Below the pieces are notes generated by a model, which was given only the letters and a program-made list of their open reading frames with translations, searched no databases and had not been told where the DNA came from. From an uncultured archaeon (lineage in GTDB: Archaea; Thermoproteota; Bathyarchaeia; 40CM-2-53-6; CALIRQ01): a stretch of 64,000 nt of DNA. The first letter of the stretch is position 1. The number at the start of each line of letters is the position of its first letter. The translations under genes and the position numbers were made by a program. Positions 1 to 9,692 of this stretch are shown one piece after another. The DNA is taken from assembly GCA_938042195.1 (NCBI GenBank), contig CALIRQ010000006.1, forward strand, positions 46,868 to 110,867. The letters run 5' to 3'.

Positions 1-1212
1 ATCCGCCCTCGTCATCGGGTTCTTGGGATAGCCCTTTGGCACATCGATCCGGCTCGAGTATGTTCTCCCACCCCTGAGGATCAGTTCCACCTTCGCGGAG
101 CCCAATCGGACATCCGCGAACTCCGGATCGACGTGGACCTTCACCTTGCTCGAGAGCTCGCGTATCTTCGGGTCGGAGAGCCTCTCGCTTGAGAACTCCT
201 CAAGGCCCGCCCTCCCGTGGATCAACGCGACCGCTATGCAATAGGGCAAGCTGAATTTGGCCTCGGAGGGGGTTTTGGGGGCGTAATTCCCGCCCACCAA
301 TTCCGCGGCTATCGGATAAGTCCCCACCCTCACCTCCTCCACATTCTCCGCCTTTACGCCATATCTCTCGGCCATCTCCAGCACGGCGTCCAGTGGGGCG
401 TGGGTATGGCCGCACGAGGCATGGCGCTTGAATATCGTCTCCATTATCTGGTAACCCTTCCCGAGGCCCTCAACTATCTTACTAGGATCGGCTTCCCTCG
501 AGGCCGCCCTGAAATATCCCCTCTCCGCCTCCAATATCGAGGTTGGGGCGGTGAAGCCCCTTTGGGCCAATAGCGCCGCGATCACGCCGTTCATCGCGGC
601 CTTGCCCGGGTTCAGGGGTTTGCTCATGGTCCCGAAGGCCTCGATCAGGCCAGCGGCTTGGGTCCCCGCGATGCCGAATGCCCGCGCCATCCCTTCCCCA
701 TCTAAACCCAACAGCCTTCCGGCCGCCGCGGCGGCCCCGAAGGTCCCGCAGGTGCCAGTCGCGTGCCAATATCGATAATGGGACGGGTTCATGGCCCTAC
801 CGATCCTGTTCTCGACCTCGTATCCAACTACGATGGCTACGAGCAAATCCCTCCCGCTCAAGCCATCTCGCTCTGCGATCGCCAAGGCGGCCGGCATGAC
901 GGGCGCGGCCGGGTGGACTATCGATTCCTCGTTTATATCATCCAACTCTACCGCATGGCCGGCCACGCCATTGGCCAATGAGGCATTGATGCTCGTCGCT
1001 CTGATATCGGTGCCTATAACGGTCGATTCTTCCCTCCCGCCCATATCCCTCACGATCGATGCGAGGATCCTCGAGGGCAGTTCCAGCGAGCCCGCCAGCG
1101 CAGCGCCCAACCAATCGAGGAGGCAAAGCTTGGCCTGTTCCACGACCCCCCTTGGGAGGGCTTCAAACTTCAAATCGGCGGCGAAATCCGCTAAGCGTTT
1201 CGTAACGCCCAT
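1..1212 (-). CDS. MmgE/PrpD family protein (3' end runs off the window; absent from the ORF track)
   Basis: Manual translation from ATG at 1212: MGVTKRLADFAADLKFEALPRGVVEQAKLCLLDWLGAALAG...HAVELDD...HPAAPVMPAALA...WHATGTCG...FKRHASCGHTH...PKGYPKNPMT. No stop in the stretches translated, which are all in one frame down to base 1. Confidence 0.9.
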   Translation of the reverse strand, partial: MGVTKRLADFAADLKFEALPRGVVEQAKLCLLDWLGAALAGSLELPSRILASIVRDMGGREESTVIGTDIRATSINASLANGVAGHAVELDDINEESIVHPAAPVMPAALAIAERDGLSGRDLLVAIVVGYEVENRIGRAMNPSHYRYWHATGTCGTFGAAAAAGRLLGLDGEGMARAFGIAGTQAAGLIEAFGTMSKPLNPGKAAMNGVIAALLAQRGFTAPTSILEAERGYFRAASREADPSKIVEGLGKGYQIMETIFKRHASCGHTHAPLDAVLEMAERYGVKAENVEEVRVGTYPIAAELVGGNYAPKTPSEAKFSLPYCIAVALIHGRAGLEEFSSERLSDPKIRELSSKVKVHVDPEFADVRLGSAKVELILRGGRTYSSRIDVPKGYPKNPMTRAD

Positions 1213-1314
1213 TCTAGATCCAAGCTTGGGATTGTAGGGATTAAAATAATTTCAAAATTCTTTTAATTTAAAGGATAATGCATCCCGGCATAGGGATTTC
1301 GCTGGCCGGCACGG

Positions 1315-2547
1315 TCAAGCGGCCTTGGCCATCGCCCTTATGGATAGGAGAAAATCTTGGAGGCTCAGGGGGCCCTTGAAGGATTCCACGATCACTTCCG
1401 GGTCCTTAAGGCCGTGGCCCGTTGCCACGCATACGACCTCCTCCTCCCCGGATATCTCCCCAGATTGCCTGAGCTTCATGAGGCCCGCTATGGAGGAGGC
1501 GCTCGCCGGCTCAACGAAGATGCCCTCCTCGGCGGCCAGCAACCTTTGCGCCAGGAGTATCTCCTCATCGCTTACGGCCTCCATGAGGCCTCCGGATTCC
1601 CTGACGGCCCTGAGGGCCTTCTTCCAGCTCGCCGGCCTTCCGATCCTTATGGCCGTGGCCACCGTGGCGGGCTCTTCGATTGGATCTATCGCATCGGAGC
1701 CCGACTTGAAGGCCTTCACGATCGGGGCCGCCCCCTCGGCTTGGATCCCGATCATCCTGGGTAAGGGGGGATCCAGAAGCCCGGAGGCTTCGAGCTCCCT
1801 AAAACCCTTCCATATGGCGCTTATGTTACCCGCGTTCCCCACGGGCACAACCACGCAATCCGGGACCCTTCCACCCAACTGGTCAAAGAGCTCGAACGCG
1901 AGCGTTTTCTGCCCCTCGAGCCTGTATGGGTTCACAGAGTTCATCAAATAAAGCTCCGGGATCCTAACGGCCAATTCGATAATCAGCCTCAGGGCCTCAT
2001 CGAAATTCCCCTCCACCTCAACTATCTCGGCCCCATGGGCGATCGCTTGGGCAATCTTCCCATAGGCCACGCCGCCCTTGGGCACCAGCACCGTACGTCT
2101 AATGCCGGCCTTTGCCGCATAGGCCGCGAGGGATGCGGATGTATTCCCGGTGGATGCGCAGGCGACCCATCTCTTGCCCAGTTCCAGCGCCTTCGTTATC
2201 CCGACGGCCATTCCCCTATCCTTAAAGGAGCCGGTCGGGTTCTCGCCCTCATTCTTCACCCTCAGGCGACTTATGCCGATCCTCTCGCCCAGCCTTTGGC
2301 ATCGATGAAGGGAGGTTCCCCCCTCGCCCAAGGTTATGGGCTCGATCAGCGGTCCTATAGGCAGGAATTCCCTATACCTCCAAACCGAGAGCGGCCTCGA
2401 GGTCCAATCCGATTTCCCAAGCCTCTCGCAAATCGATTCGAAGTCGTATCCGATCTCCAATAAGCCCCCGCAGTTCGGGCAACTATAAATCACTTTATTG
2501 CCCCCGAACTCCCCGCCGCAACTTATGCATTTAATGAAGTGCTCCAT
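1315..2547 (-). CDS. thrC: Threonine synthase
   Basis: N-terminal CxxC..CxxC, NPTGSFKDRG PLP-lysine motif, ASTGNTS, VEPASA; adjacent to thrB. Start set at ATG 2547. Confidence 0.93.
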   Translation of the reverse strand: MEHFIKCISCGGEFGGNKVIYSCPNCGGLLEIGYDFESICERLGKSDWTSRPLSVWRYREFLPIGPLIEPITLGEGGTSLHRCQRLGERIGISRLRVKNEGENPTGSFKDRGMAVGITKALELGKRWVACASTGNTSASLAAYAAKAGIRRTVLVPKGGVAYGKIAQAIAHGAEIVEVEGNFDEALRLIIELAVRIPELYLMNSVNPYRLEGQKTLAFELFDQLGGRVPDCVVVPVGNAGNISAIWKGFRELEASGLLDPPLPRMIGIQAEGAAPIVKAFKSGSDAIDPIEEPATVATAIRIGRPASWKKALRAVRESGGLMEAVSDEEILLAQRLLAAEEGIFVEPASASSIAGLMKLRQSGEISGEEEVVCVATGHGLKDPEVIVESFKGPLSLQDFLLSIRAMAKAA

Positions 2548-2551
2548 TCCC

Positions 2552-3529
2552 CTAACGCATCCAAACGACCTTCGCTCCACCGCAGGGCCTAGCGACGAGG
2601 GGTTCGCATTTCAGGCCCACCTCGGAGAAGCCCTCCGCCATGGCCTTCGCCACCTCGGATGCCTTGGCCGCCGTGTTATCCACGACCGCCAGCATTGTCG
2701 GTCCGGATCCGCTTATGGCGACCCCGCATGCCCCAGCCTCGTATGCCTTCTTCTTAACAATATCATAGCCGGGTATGAGCTTGGCCCTAATTGGCTCGAC
2801 TATGGCATCGACCATCCCGGATCCGATCGTGGACACATCGCCCCTGAGGATCCCCGCGACGATGCTCGATGCCCTCCCAATGTTCCGCGCCACCTCGCCC
2901 AATGGGACCTGAGCAGGGAGCATGGCCCTAGCCTCCTTCGTGCTGATCTCTATATCGGGTATGGCTATAGCGAGTTCCAGGTTAGGCGGCGGATCCATCC
3001 CTATAGCCCTCAGGGGGTCATAGGATTGTATCAGTACGAAGCCCCCCAATATCGCGGGCGCCACGTTGTCCGCATGGGGGGATCCAGCGGAACACAATTC
3101 CCCAAAGGCTGCTAGGGCTACGAGCTCATCCTTGGGAAGGCCCAAGCCCAATAGCCTATCCAGCCCCACTATGGCGCCAGCGGCCGAGGCCCCGCTGCTG
3201 CCCAAGCCCTTTCCGACCGGTATGTTCTTCTCAAGCCTTATCCTTATCCCCCGCTCTATCCCGAATTTTTCAAGGAAGTGCTTAACGGCCAAACAGGCCG
3301 AGTTGGCGTCTTGCTTCCTCGGGACGAGTTTACCATATCTACCGGAGAGCTCCAATTCCAAGTATCGCTTCCCGCATTCCTCCAACTCCTCCAGCTCCAC
3401 CGCGTCCCAAAAGGCCCCAACCGCCATGCCGAATACGTCGAACCCAGGGCCAAGGTTCGCTGTTGTGGAGGGTACCTCGACCCTGATCGCTGAATGATTA
3501 TTCCCCCGGCCTCCATTTACCGTGGCCAA
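2552..3529 (-). CDS. thrB: Homoserine kinase (GHMP family)
   Basis: PSTTANLGPGFD, PVGKGLGSSGASA, HADNVAP, ISGSGPT. Start codon uncertain. Confidence 0.93.
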   Translation of the reverse strand: MATVNGGRGNNHSAIRVEVPSTTANLGPGFDVFGMAVGAFWDAVELEELEECGKRYLELELSGRYGKLVPRKQDANSACLAVKHFLEKFGIERGIRIRLEKNIPVGKGLGSSGASAAGAIVGLDRLLGLGLPKDELVALAAFGELCSAGSPHADNVAPAILGGFVLIQSYDPLRAIGMDPPPNLELAIAIPDIEISTKEARAMLPAQVPLGEVARNIGRASSIVAGILRGDVSTIGSGMVDAIVEPIRAKLIPGYDIVKKKAYEAGACGVAISGSGPTMLAVVDNTAAKASEVAKAMAEGFSEVGLKCEPLVARPCGGAKVVWMR

Positions 3530-3538
3530 GCTGGGGAA

Positions 3539-3976
3539 TTACCTCCTCGGCTTCTCCTTCTTACCCGATATCAGGGCTTGGAGGCTTATCCCGTTGACCT
3601 TGAAGACCCTATACCTCGTCCCAGGCAGATCGCCATAGGCCTTCCCCTCGGGACCCCCTATGCCCTCTATGTGGACCTCATCGTGCTCATCGACGAAGTT
3701 TAAGGCACCATCCCCGGGCAGGAACGCCGTGACCACCTTACCGGTCTTTATCAATTGGACCCTAACGCATTTCCGCACCGCGGAGTTGGGCTGGCGGCAC
3801 TCTATTCCAACCTTCTCCAAGACTATGCCCCTGGCTTGGGGAGCCCCTTGTAAGGGATCGGCCTTTATGTCCAACATGAGTGCTCTCCTCTTAAAGGGCG
3901 CGAACTTCCATCTCATGGCCTTCCTGGATCTTCGGAGCTTCCTCCCCGCGAATAGCCCCCTTGGCGACTTGGCCAT
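3539..3976 (-). CDS. rps12: 30S ribosomal protein uS12
   Basis: [14 protein letters not shown]...[14 protein letters not shown]...GDLPG; start at ATG 3976 (145 aa). Confidence 0.97.
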   Translation of the reverse strand: MAKSPRGLFAGRKLRRSRKAMRWKFAPFKRRALMLDIKADPLQGAPQARGIVLEKVGIECRQPNSAVRKCVRVQLIKTGKVVTAFLPGDGALNFVDEHDEVHIEGIGGPEGKAYGDLPGTRYRVFKVNGISLQALISGKKEKPRR

Positions 3977-4084
3977 TTTCATCATTCTCATACGGCTTGT
4001 TTGGGTCCCCCGATCCCTCAAATCATTTATATATTTTATGTGGTTGAGCAATCGCGGAAAGCCTGCATAAAAAGGGGTTTGGGG

Positions 4085-5092
4085 ATGGAAGTCGGTGGCG
4101 GTCCCGAGCGAATATCGGAGCTATTGGCCTCCGTGAGGCGAATAGTTGATCCGGTGATCGAGAGGTATATCCCCCGATCCGGACGGCCAGGGAGCCTCTT
4201 CTCACCCATATGGGACCTCTTGGATAGGGGGGGCAAGAGGTTCAGGCCCGCCCTAACGCTATTGGCTTGCGAGGCGGTTGGCGGGGATCCCATGAGGGCC
4301 GTGAACGCCGCGGCCGCCGTGGAACTCCTCCACAATATGACCTTGATCCACGACGATATCGAGGATGGGAGCCTCTTTCGAAGGGGGAAGCCATGCATCC
4401 ATATCGTATATGGCGTTCCATCGGCCATCAACGCTGGCGATGCTATGTTGATAAAGGTGTTCGAGGTTTTAAGTGATTGTCCGCTTCCCCCGGAGTTCGG
4501 GCTGAGGCTCGTCAAGAAGCTGGCGGAGAGGGCTTTCCAAGTAACGATGGGGCAAGCGATGGAATTTGAGGCGTTGGGGAGCCAGGACCCCGGTGATGTG
4601 GACGTCATCGGCATACTCAGGAACAAGACTGGGGCCCTTACGGCGCTCGCATTGGAGTTGGGGGCCATAGCCGGGGGCGCTGGCGATGGGGAGTTGGGGG
4701 CTCTGGCGAGGTTCGGGGAGGCCATAGGGATTGGGTTCCAAATAATAGACGATGTCCTGAACGTGGATGGTGAGCCGGAGAAGTATGGGAAGGAGATCGG
4801 CGGAGACATAAGGGAGGGCAAGATAACGGTCATGGTTTCGCATTTGTTGAGGGTTTCCGAACCAAGGGATAGGGAGAGGTTCTTGAGGTTGCTTGGTAAG
4901 GGCGACATAACCAAGGAGGAGGTGGGGGAGGCCATAGGCTTGTACAGGAAGTATGGGTCGATAGGCTTCGCGAGGGATTTGGCCAAGAGATTCATCGAGG
5001 ATGGGTTGCGCAACTTGGAAAATCTCCCGAAGAATGATGCTAGGGAGAATATGAGGGCTTTGGCGGAGTTTCTAATTAAAAGGGAGATGTAG
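4085..5092 (+). CDS. idsA: Polyprenyl diphosphate synthase (GGPP synthase type)
   Basis: GGKRFRP, first Asp-rich motif [15 protein letters not shown], second motif [21 protein letters not shown]. Confidence 0.9.
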   Translation: MEVGGGPERISELLASVRRIVDPVIERYIPRSGRPGSLFSPIWDLLDRGGKRFRPALTLLACEAVGGDPMRAVNAAAAVELLHNMTLIHDDIEDGSLFRRGKPCIHIVYGVPSAINAGDAMLIKVFEVLSDCPLPPEFGLRLVKKLAERAFQVTMGQAMEFEALGSQDPGDVDVIGILRNKTGALTALALELGAIAGGAGDGELGALARFGEAIGIGFQIIDDVLNVDGEPEKYGKEIGGDIREGKITVMVSHLLRVSEPRDRERFLRLLGKGDITKEEVGEAIGLYRKYGSIGFARDLAKRFIEDGLRNLENLPKNDARENMRALAEFLIKREM

Positions 5093-5121
5093 GAGGGGGG
5101 ATTGCAGATTACATCTTACAT

Positions 5122-5559
5122 CTAGATTATTATAACGTGGTCTATTTGGAAGTACCTTTTCGCTAGCATCCTAGTCCTCTCTATGTTCCTTCCGTTCTTC
5201 CCTATCGCTATGGATTTGTCCTTCGGATCCACTTCGACGACGGCTATCTTCCTATCCGATTTCTCAGTCAGCCTTATCTCCTTTACGTTCGCTGGCGAGA
5301 GCGAGTTCCTTATCAATTTCTCTGGGGTATCAGAATATTCCACCAGCTCTACTTGTTTCCCCGTCATCTTTTTCAGTATGTTTATGTTCCTCCCTCCCTT
5401 CCCTATCGCAAGGCCCATGTCCCCCGGCTTGGTGAGGAAGATTATCCTGGTCATTTTTTCATCTATTATGCAGTCCCTCGCAGTTGCACCAGTTATGCTT
5501 TCGAATAGGGCTATGTATTTCATCTCGTCCGATGTCAGCTTTATCCTCTGAGCCGTCAA
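5122..5559 (-). CDS. nusA: Archaeal NusA (KH-domain transcription factor)
   Basis: IKLTSDEMKYIALFESITGA, AIGKGG and AIGKNG KH motifs; TTG start overlapping the L30e stop. Confidence 0.95.
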   Translation of the reverse strand: MTAQRIKLTSDEMKYIALFESITGATARDCIIDEKMTRIIFLTKPGDMGLAIGKGGRNINILKKMTGKQVELVEYSDTPEKLIRNSLSPANVKEIRLTEKSDRKIAVVEVDPKDKSIAIGKNGRNIERTRMLAKRYFQIDHVIII

Positions 5560-5858
5560 CTTTGGCCCTCCGCCGATCCGAGCATCGAATCGCCAGCATC
5601 TTTTATCGTTACCGCCAGGACCGCGAACGGCCTCCCGCAAAGGGTTCCCAAGTCCATTCCGCTCCCATTGTAGATGCGCACCGGCAAGTTGGAGAGCTTT
5701 GCGAGGCGCTCTATCTCCTTCCTCTTCTCCTTCGGCATATTTGATGCCAGTATGATCATCTTCGCCTTCCCGAAGGCCGCTGCTTCGAACGCCTTCTTTG
5801 AGCCGAACTCCACCTTCCCGGTCTTGATCGCAACGGGCAATTGTTTCTCAATATCCAC
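5556..5858 (-). CDS. rpl30e: 50S ribosomal protein L30e
   Basis: KTGKVEFGSK, AKMIILASN, DLGTLCGRPF; conserved position between rpoA and nusA. Confidence 0.95.
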   Translation of the reverse strand: MDIEKQLPVAIKTGKVEFGSKKAFEAAAFGKAKMIILASNMPKEKRKEIERLAKLSNLPVRIYNGSGMDLGTLCGRPFAVLAVTIKDAGDSMLGSAEGQS

Positions 5859-5870
5859 AGTCCACCCACC

Positions 5871-8800
5871 CTAGGAGGAGGTAAACATGTAAAGGTCTAT
5901 CAGCCCCGTGCCCATCGGTATTTGTTGTCCCACGATGACGTTCTCAGCCACGCCCTTCAAGAAGTCCTCATCCCCCCTCAGGGCGGCGTCCGCTATCGTC
6001 GGAACGGTGATCTCAAAAGCGGCCTTCGCCAGGGGGCTCGCTTTCTCTCCGGTGACGCCGTGCCTACCGACTTGGAGGACCCTGCCGGACGCCGTCATGA
6101 CGTCGGCCACTAGCATCACATGCCTTATGTCCACATCCAAACCCTGCTCCTCCAAGACGCTCATCGCCTCCTTTATTATGACGTTCCTCGCGGCCTCTAT
6201 CCCGAGGACCGCGGCCACCTCATGTATGTCATTGCTTATCGTCCTTGTGGGATCCACCCCAGGGGTCCTCAGGGCAATCGCGAGCCCGGAGCCCTCAGTC
6301 TTCAGGACCCACTCCCCGTTCTCCTCCACGACCAAAGCCCTCTTCACTGTGGGTATTCCCTTGACGTGCAAGGCCTCTATCCTGGATTGCAACTTCCTGA
6401 ACTGTGGCAACTCCATATTCCTGGCGGTTATATCTATGTTTAGGCCATGGAACTTCACGTCGCATAGCCCAAGCCTTATGGATTTTTGAAGCTCCGACAT
6501 CGCCACGCCCCTCTTCCTCATGGCGTCCGGGTCCAGCCTAACGATCACCTTCATCTCGGTTAAATCCGATTCTATGCTCGATGCGATATCCCCCAAAGTG
6601 GTATGGGTTATCCTGGACGCCACCCTCTCGGCCTTCTCCTTGCTTGACCTATGCTCCTTATCCAAATAAACGGTCATTGTTGGCGTGGAGGGCGTCTTCC
6701 TAGCATCCACTATCTCGATGAGCCTAGGGAGGCCCAAGGTGACGTTCTGCTCCCTTACGCCGGCGAAGTGGAATGTCCTTAACGTCATCTGGGTCCCGGG
6801 CTCCCCTATGGATTGGGCCGACACCATTCCCGAGGCCTCCCCGGGCTCGATTAAGGACGACTCATATTTCCTAACGACCTCCTCCACGACTTCATCGACC
6901 GCTTCCTTCGTTAACTTGGCCCCTAGGATCTTGGATCTCAGCTCATCCGCCAGCTTCGGCGTCAACCTGCTCTTATATTGCGAGAGCCTCTTGATGACGT
7001 ACTCCTTCGTGGCCTTTCTACCCTTTCCCATGGCGAGCTTGACCTTCTCAATTACCGCATCCACATTAACGGATTTCCCGCGATCGCTCTTGGACGTATC
7101 CGTCCCATCCTCGCCATATTTGAACTGTATTATATTCCCGTTTGGATCCCTAACGGTGTTGTCATACTCAACCCTTATATGTTCAAGGGCGTTCACCAAG
7201 CGCCTCTGCATGTAGCCACTCTGTTGCGTTCTAACGGCGGTATCGACCAAGCCCTCCCTCCCGCCCATGGCATGGAAGAAGAACTCTATCGGATTGAGCC
7301 CATCCCTGTAGGAAGAGTAAATGAATCCCCTCGCGGCCGCGCCAGCATCGCCCCATTCAAAGAACGAGAGGGTCCTGTCTCTGTATCCCCTCAATATCCT
7401 CTTCCCCCTTATCGATTGTTGCCCCAAGCATGCCGTCATTTGGCCTATGTTGAGCATGGATCCTCTGGCCCCCGTCCTGGTCATTACGATCCCGCTGTTC
7501 TCCATCCCGAAGTAAACCTCAGCGCACTCGCCCGCTTGATCCCTGGCCTTGGATAGCTCATTCATTATATGTATTTCCAAAGTTTCTTTCAAGGATTGGC
7601 CCGGAAGCCTTTCCAAGGTCCCGCTCCGGTAAGCCTCTATCAAGGAGGAGACGTTCCTCTCGGCCTTCTCTATGACCTTGGCGATCTTTGCCCTGACTTG
7701 ATTCGGGAGATCCAGCTCATCTATGGAATAGGTGAAACCCTTCAGGGTTAGGAACCTATCAAGGAGTTTCGATATGGAATTCAGGAACCTAGCGGCTACA
7801 TCGGTCCCATAATCCTTCACTATCCTGTGGAATAGCGTACCCGATTTCTCGGCCCCTATGGAATTTTTATCTATAACTCCCTTTATGAGTTTTCCATCTT
7901 TAACGACTACGAATGCGTCGTATTCACATTTCTCCTCTAAGCATTTCTCGCATTTATAAATGCTGCATAGGTTTGACTTGGTCGAGAAGTATAGGCCCTT
8001 TGGCAGGAATAGGCTGAATATCTGTTTCCCGCTCCATAAGCGGTTCTTGCCATCCTTTGGTGGGGGAAGCTCCCCCTCATAATTTGCCGCCGCGAGCAAG
8101 ATCCCCACCTCCTCCTTGGTCAAATAAGTCCCCTCCTTGGTCAGGAGATAAGCGGCCGTGATCAGGTCCGTTTTCGCGCCTATGATAGGGCCGCCGTACC
8201 TAGGCGAGAGTATTTGATCCCGCACCCTGGCCAGAAGGTCCGCCTCTGTTATCGCTTCCTCGCTTTGGGGAACGTGGAGGTTCATTTCATCCCCATCAAA
8301 ATCAGCGTTATAGGGAGGGCAGACGCATGGGTTTAGCCTAAAGGTCTTATATGGAAGTACCTTGACCCTATGGGCCATGATCGACATCCTATGCAGCGAT
8401 GGTTGCCTATTGAATAGAACTATATCGCCATCCCTTAGGTGCCTCTCCAAGATGAAGCCGGGTTGTATGGCCTCCGCCAATTCCTTCCTATCGGATACGA
8501 ACTCCAACCTTATCCGCCTCCCATCGCTCCTAACTATATATAGGGCGCCCGGGTATTTCTCCGGCCCATTCTCTACCAACTTCCTAGCGTATTCTATGTT
8601 CCATTCCGTTATCCGCTCCGGCACCGTAAGCTTGCTCGCAATCTCCACCGGAACGCCAACCATATCTATTTCCAAGTTCGGGTCTGGGGATATCACAGTC
8701 CTCGCGGAGAAGTCCACCCTCTTCCCGGAGAGGTTCCCCCTGAACCTCCCCTCCTTCCCCTTGAGCCTTTGGGCGATCGTCTTGAGGGCCCTCCCCGACC

Positions 8801-9692
8801 TGTGCCTAGCTGGCGGTATCCCGGAAACCTCGTTATCAAAGAAGGTCGTCACGTGATATTGTAGGAGTTCGTGGAGTTCCTCGATTATGTTCACTGGGAC
8901 TCCTGAGTCTATGGCTTCCTTCAACTTCTGATTGATCCTGATTATATCCACCAGCTTGTGGGTCAAGTCGTCCTCGGAGCGTATTCCGGATTCGAGAGTT
9001 ATCGAGGGCCTCACGCTAACCGGTGGGACGGGCAGTACTTGGAGTATCGCCCATTCCGGCCTAGCCGTTTCCGGGTTTATGCCTATGAGCCTTAGATCCT
9101 CATCGGGGATCCTTTCCAACCTCTCCCTTATCAAGCCCGGCCTTAATTTAACGGCCCCCTCATCGACTATTTCATAAAATGATGTGGGCTTCTCATGCTC
9201 TATTGGATATTGCTTAGAGCCGCAGTAGGGACAATTTGAGTTCTTCTTCGCCTCCTTCATTATCGATTCATAAAGCGAATCGGGGACCGCGTTGAGCAGA
9301 TTCCTTTCCTCCTCCATTCTCCTCCGATATTCCTCCACCCTCTCGCTTGGGAGGCGTATCCTCCCGCAATCCCTGCAGGTGATCGTAAGAAGCTTGTGGA
9401 TTAGCTTGACGAAGGATATATGCACTACCGGCTCGGCCAGCTCTATATGCCCGAAGTGCCCCGGGCATAGGGCGGCCGTGTTCCCACAGGTTTTGCATTT
9501 TTGCCTGGGCTCCAAGGTCCCAAGCCTTCCGTCCATTAGGCCGGAGGGTATCGGGACGCCATCCTCGTCGTAGGTGTCTGGGGTCGTTATCTCCGCCACG
9601 GACATCTTGCGTATCTCGCTTGGGGATAGCAAGGAGAAGAGAACCCTGTTGATCCGCTTATATGCCTCTTCGCTCAATTCCATCTCGATCAC
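5871..9692 (-). CDS. rpoA: DNA-directed RNA polymerase largest subunit, fused A'+A'' (1273 aa)
   Basis: GHFGHIEL, catalytic YNADFDGDEMN, TAVRTQQSGYMQRRL, continuing in frame into the A'' motifs AQSIGEPGTQMTL and ENVIVGQ. Confidence 0.97.
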   Translation of the reverse strand: MIEMELSEEAYKRINRVLFSLLSPSEIRKMSVAEITTPDTYDEDGVPIPSGLMDGRLGTLEPRQKCKTCGNTAALCPGHFGHIELAEPVVHISFVKLIHKLLTITCRDCGRIRLPSERVEEYRRRMEEERNLLNAVPDSLYESIMKEAKKNSNCPYCGSKQYPIEHEKPTSFYEIVDEGAVKLRPGLIRERLERIPDEDLRLIGINPETARPEWAILQVLPVPPVSVRPSITLESGIRSEDDLTHKLVDIIRINQKLKEAIDSGVPVNIIEELHELLQYHVTTFFDNEVSGIPPARHRSGRALKTIAQRLKGKEGRFRGNLSGKRVDFSARTVISPDPNLEIDMVGVPVEIASKLTVPERITEWNIEYARKLVENGPEKYPGALYIVRSDGRRIRLEFVSDRKELAEAIQPGFILERHLRDGDIVLFNRQPSLHRMSIMAHRVKVLPYKTFRLNPCVCPPYNADFDGDEMNLHVPQSEEAITEADLLARVRDQILSPRYGGPIIGAKTDLITAAYLLTKEGTYLTKEEVGILLAAANYEGELPPPKDGKNRLWSGKQIFSLFLPKGLYFSTKSNLCSIYKCEKCLEEKCEYDAFVVVKDGKLIKGVIDKNSIGAEKSGTLFHRIVKDYGTDVAARFLNSISKLLDRFLTLKGFTYSIDELDLPNQVRAKIAKVIEKAERNVSSLIEAYRSGTLERLPGQSLKETLEIHIMNELSKARDQAGECAEVYFGMENSGIVMTRTGARGSMLNIGQMTACLGQQSIRGKRILRGYRDRTLSFFEWGDAGAAARGFIYSSYRDGLNPIEFFFHAMGGREGLVDTAVRTQQSGYMQRRLVNALEHIRVEYDNTVRDPNGNIIQFKYGEDGTDTSKSDRGKSVNVDAVIEKVKLAMGKGRKATKEYVIKRLSQYKSRLTPKLADELRSKILGAKLTKEAVDEVVEEVVRKYESSLIEPGEASGMVSAQSIGEPGTQMTLRTFHFAGVREQNVTLGLPRLIEIVDARKTPSTPTMTVYLDKEHRSSKEKAERVASRITHTTLGDIASSIESDLTEMKVIVRLDPDAMRKRGVAMSELQKSIRLGLCDVKFHGLNIDITARNMELPQFRKLQSRIEALHVKGIPTVKRALVVEENGEWVLKTEGSGLAIALRTPGVDPTRTISNDIHEVAAVLGIEAARNVIIKEAMSVLEEQGLDVDIRHVMLVADVMTASGRVLQVGRHGVTGEKASPLAKAAFEITVPTIADAALRGDEDFLKGVAENVIVGQQIPMGTGLIDLYMFTSS

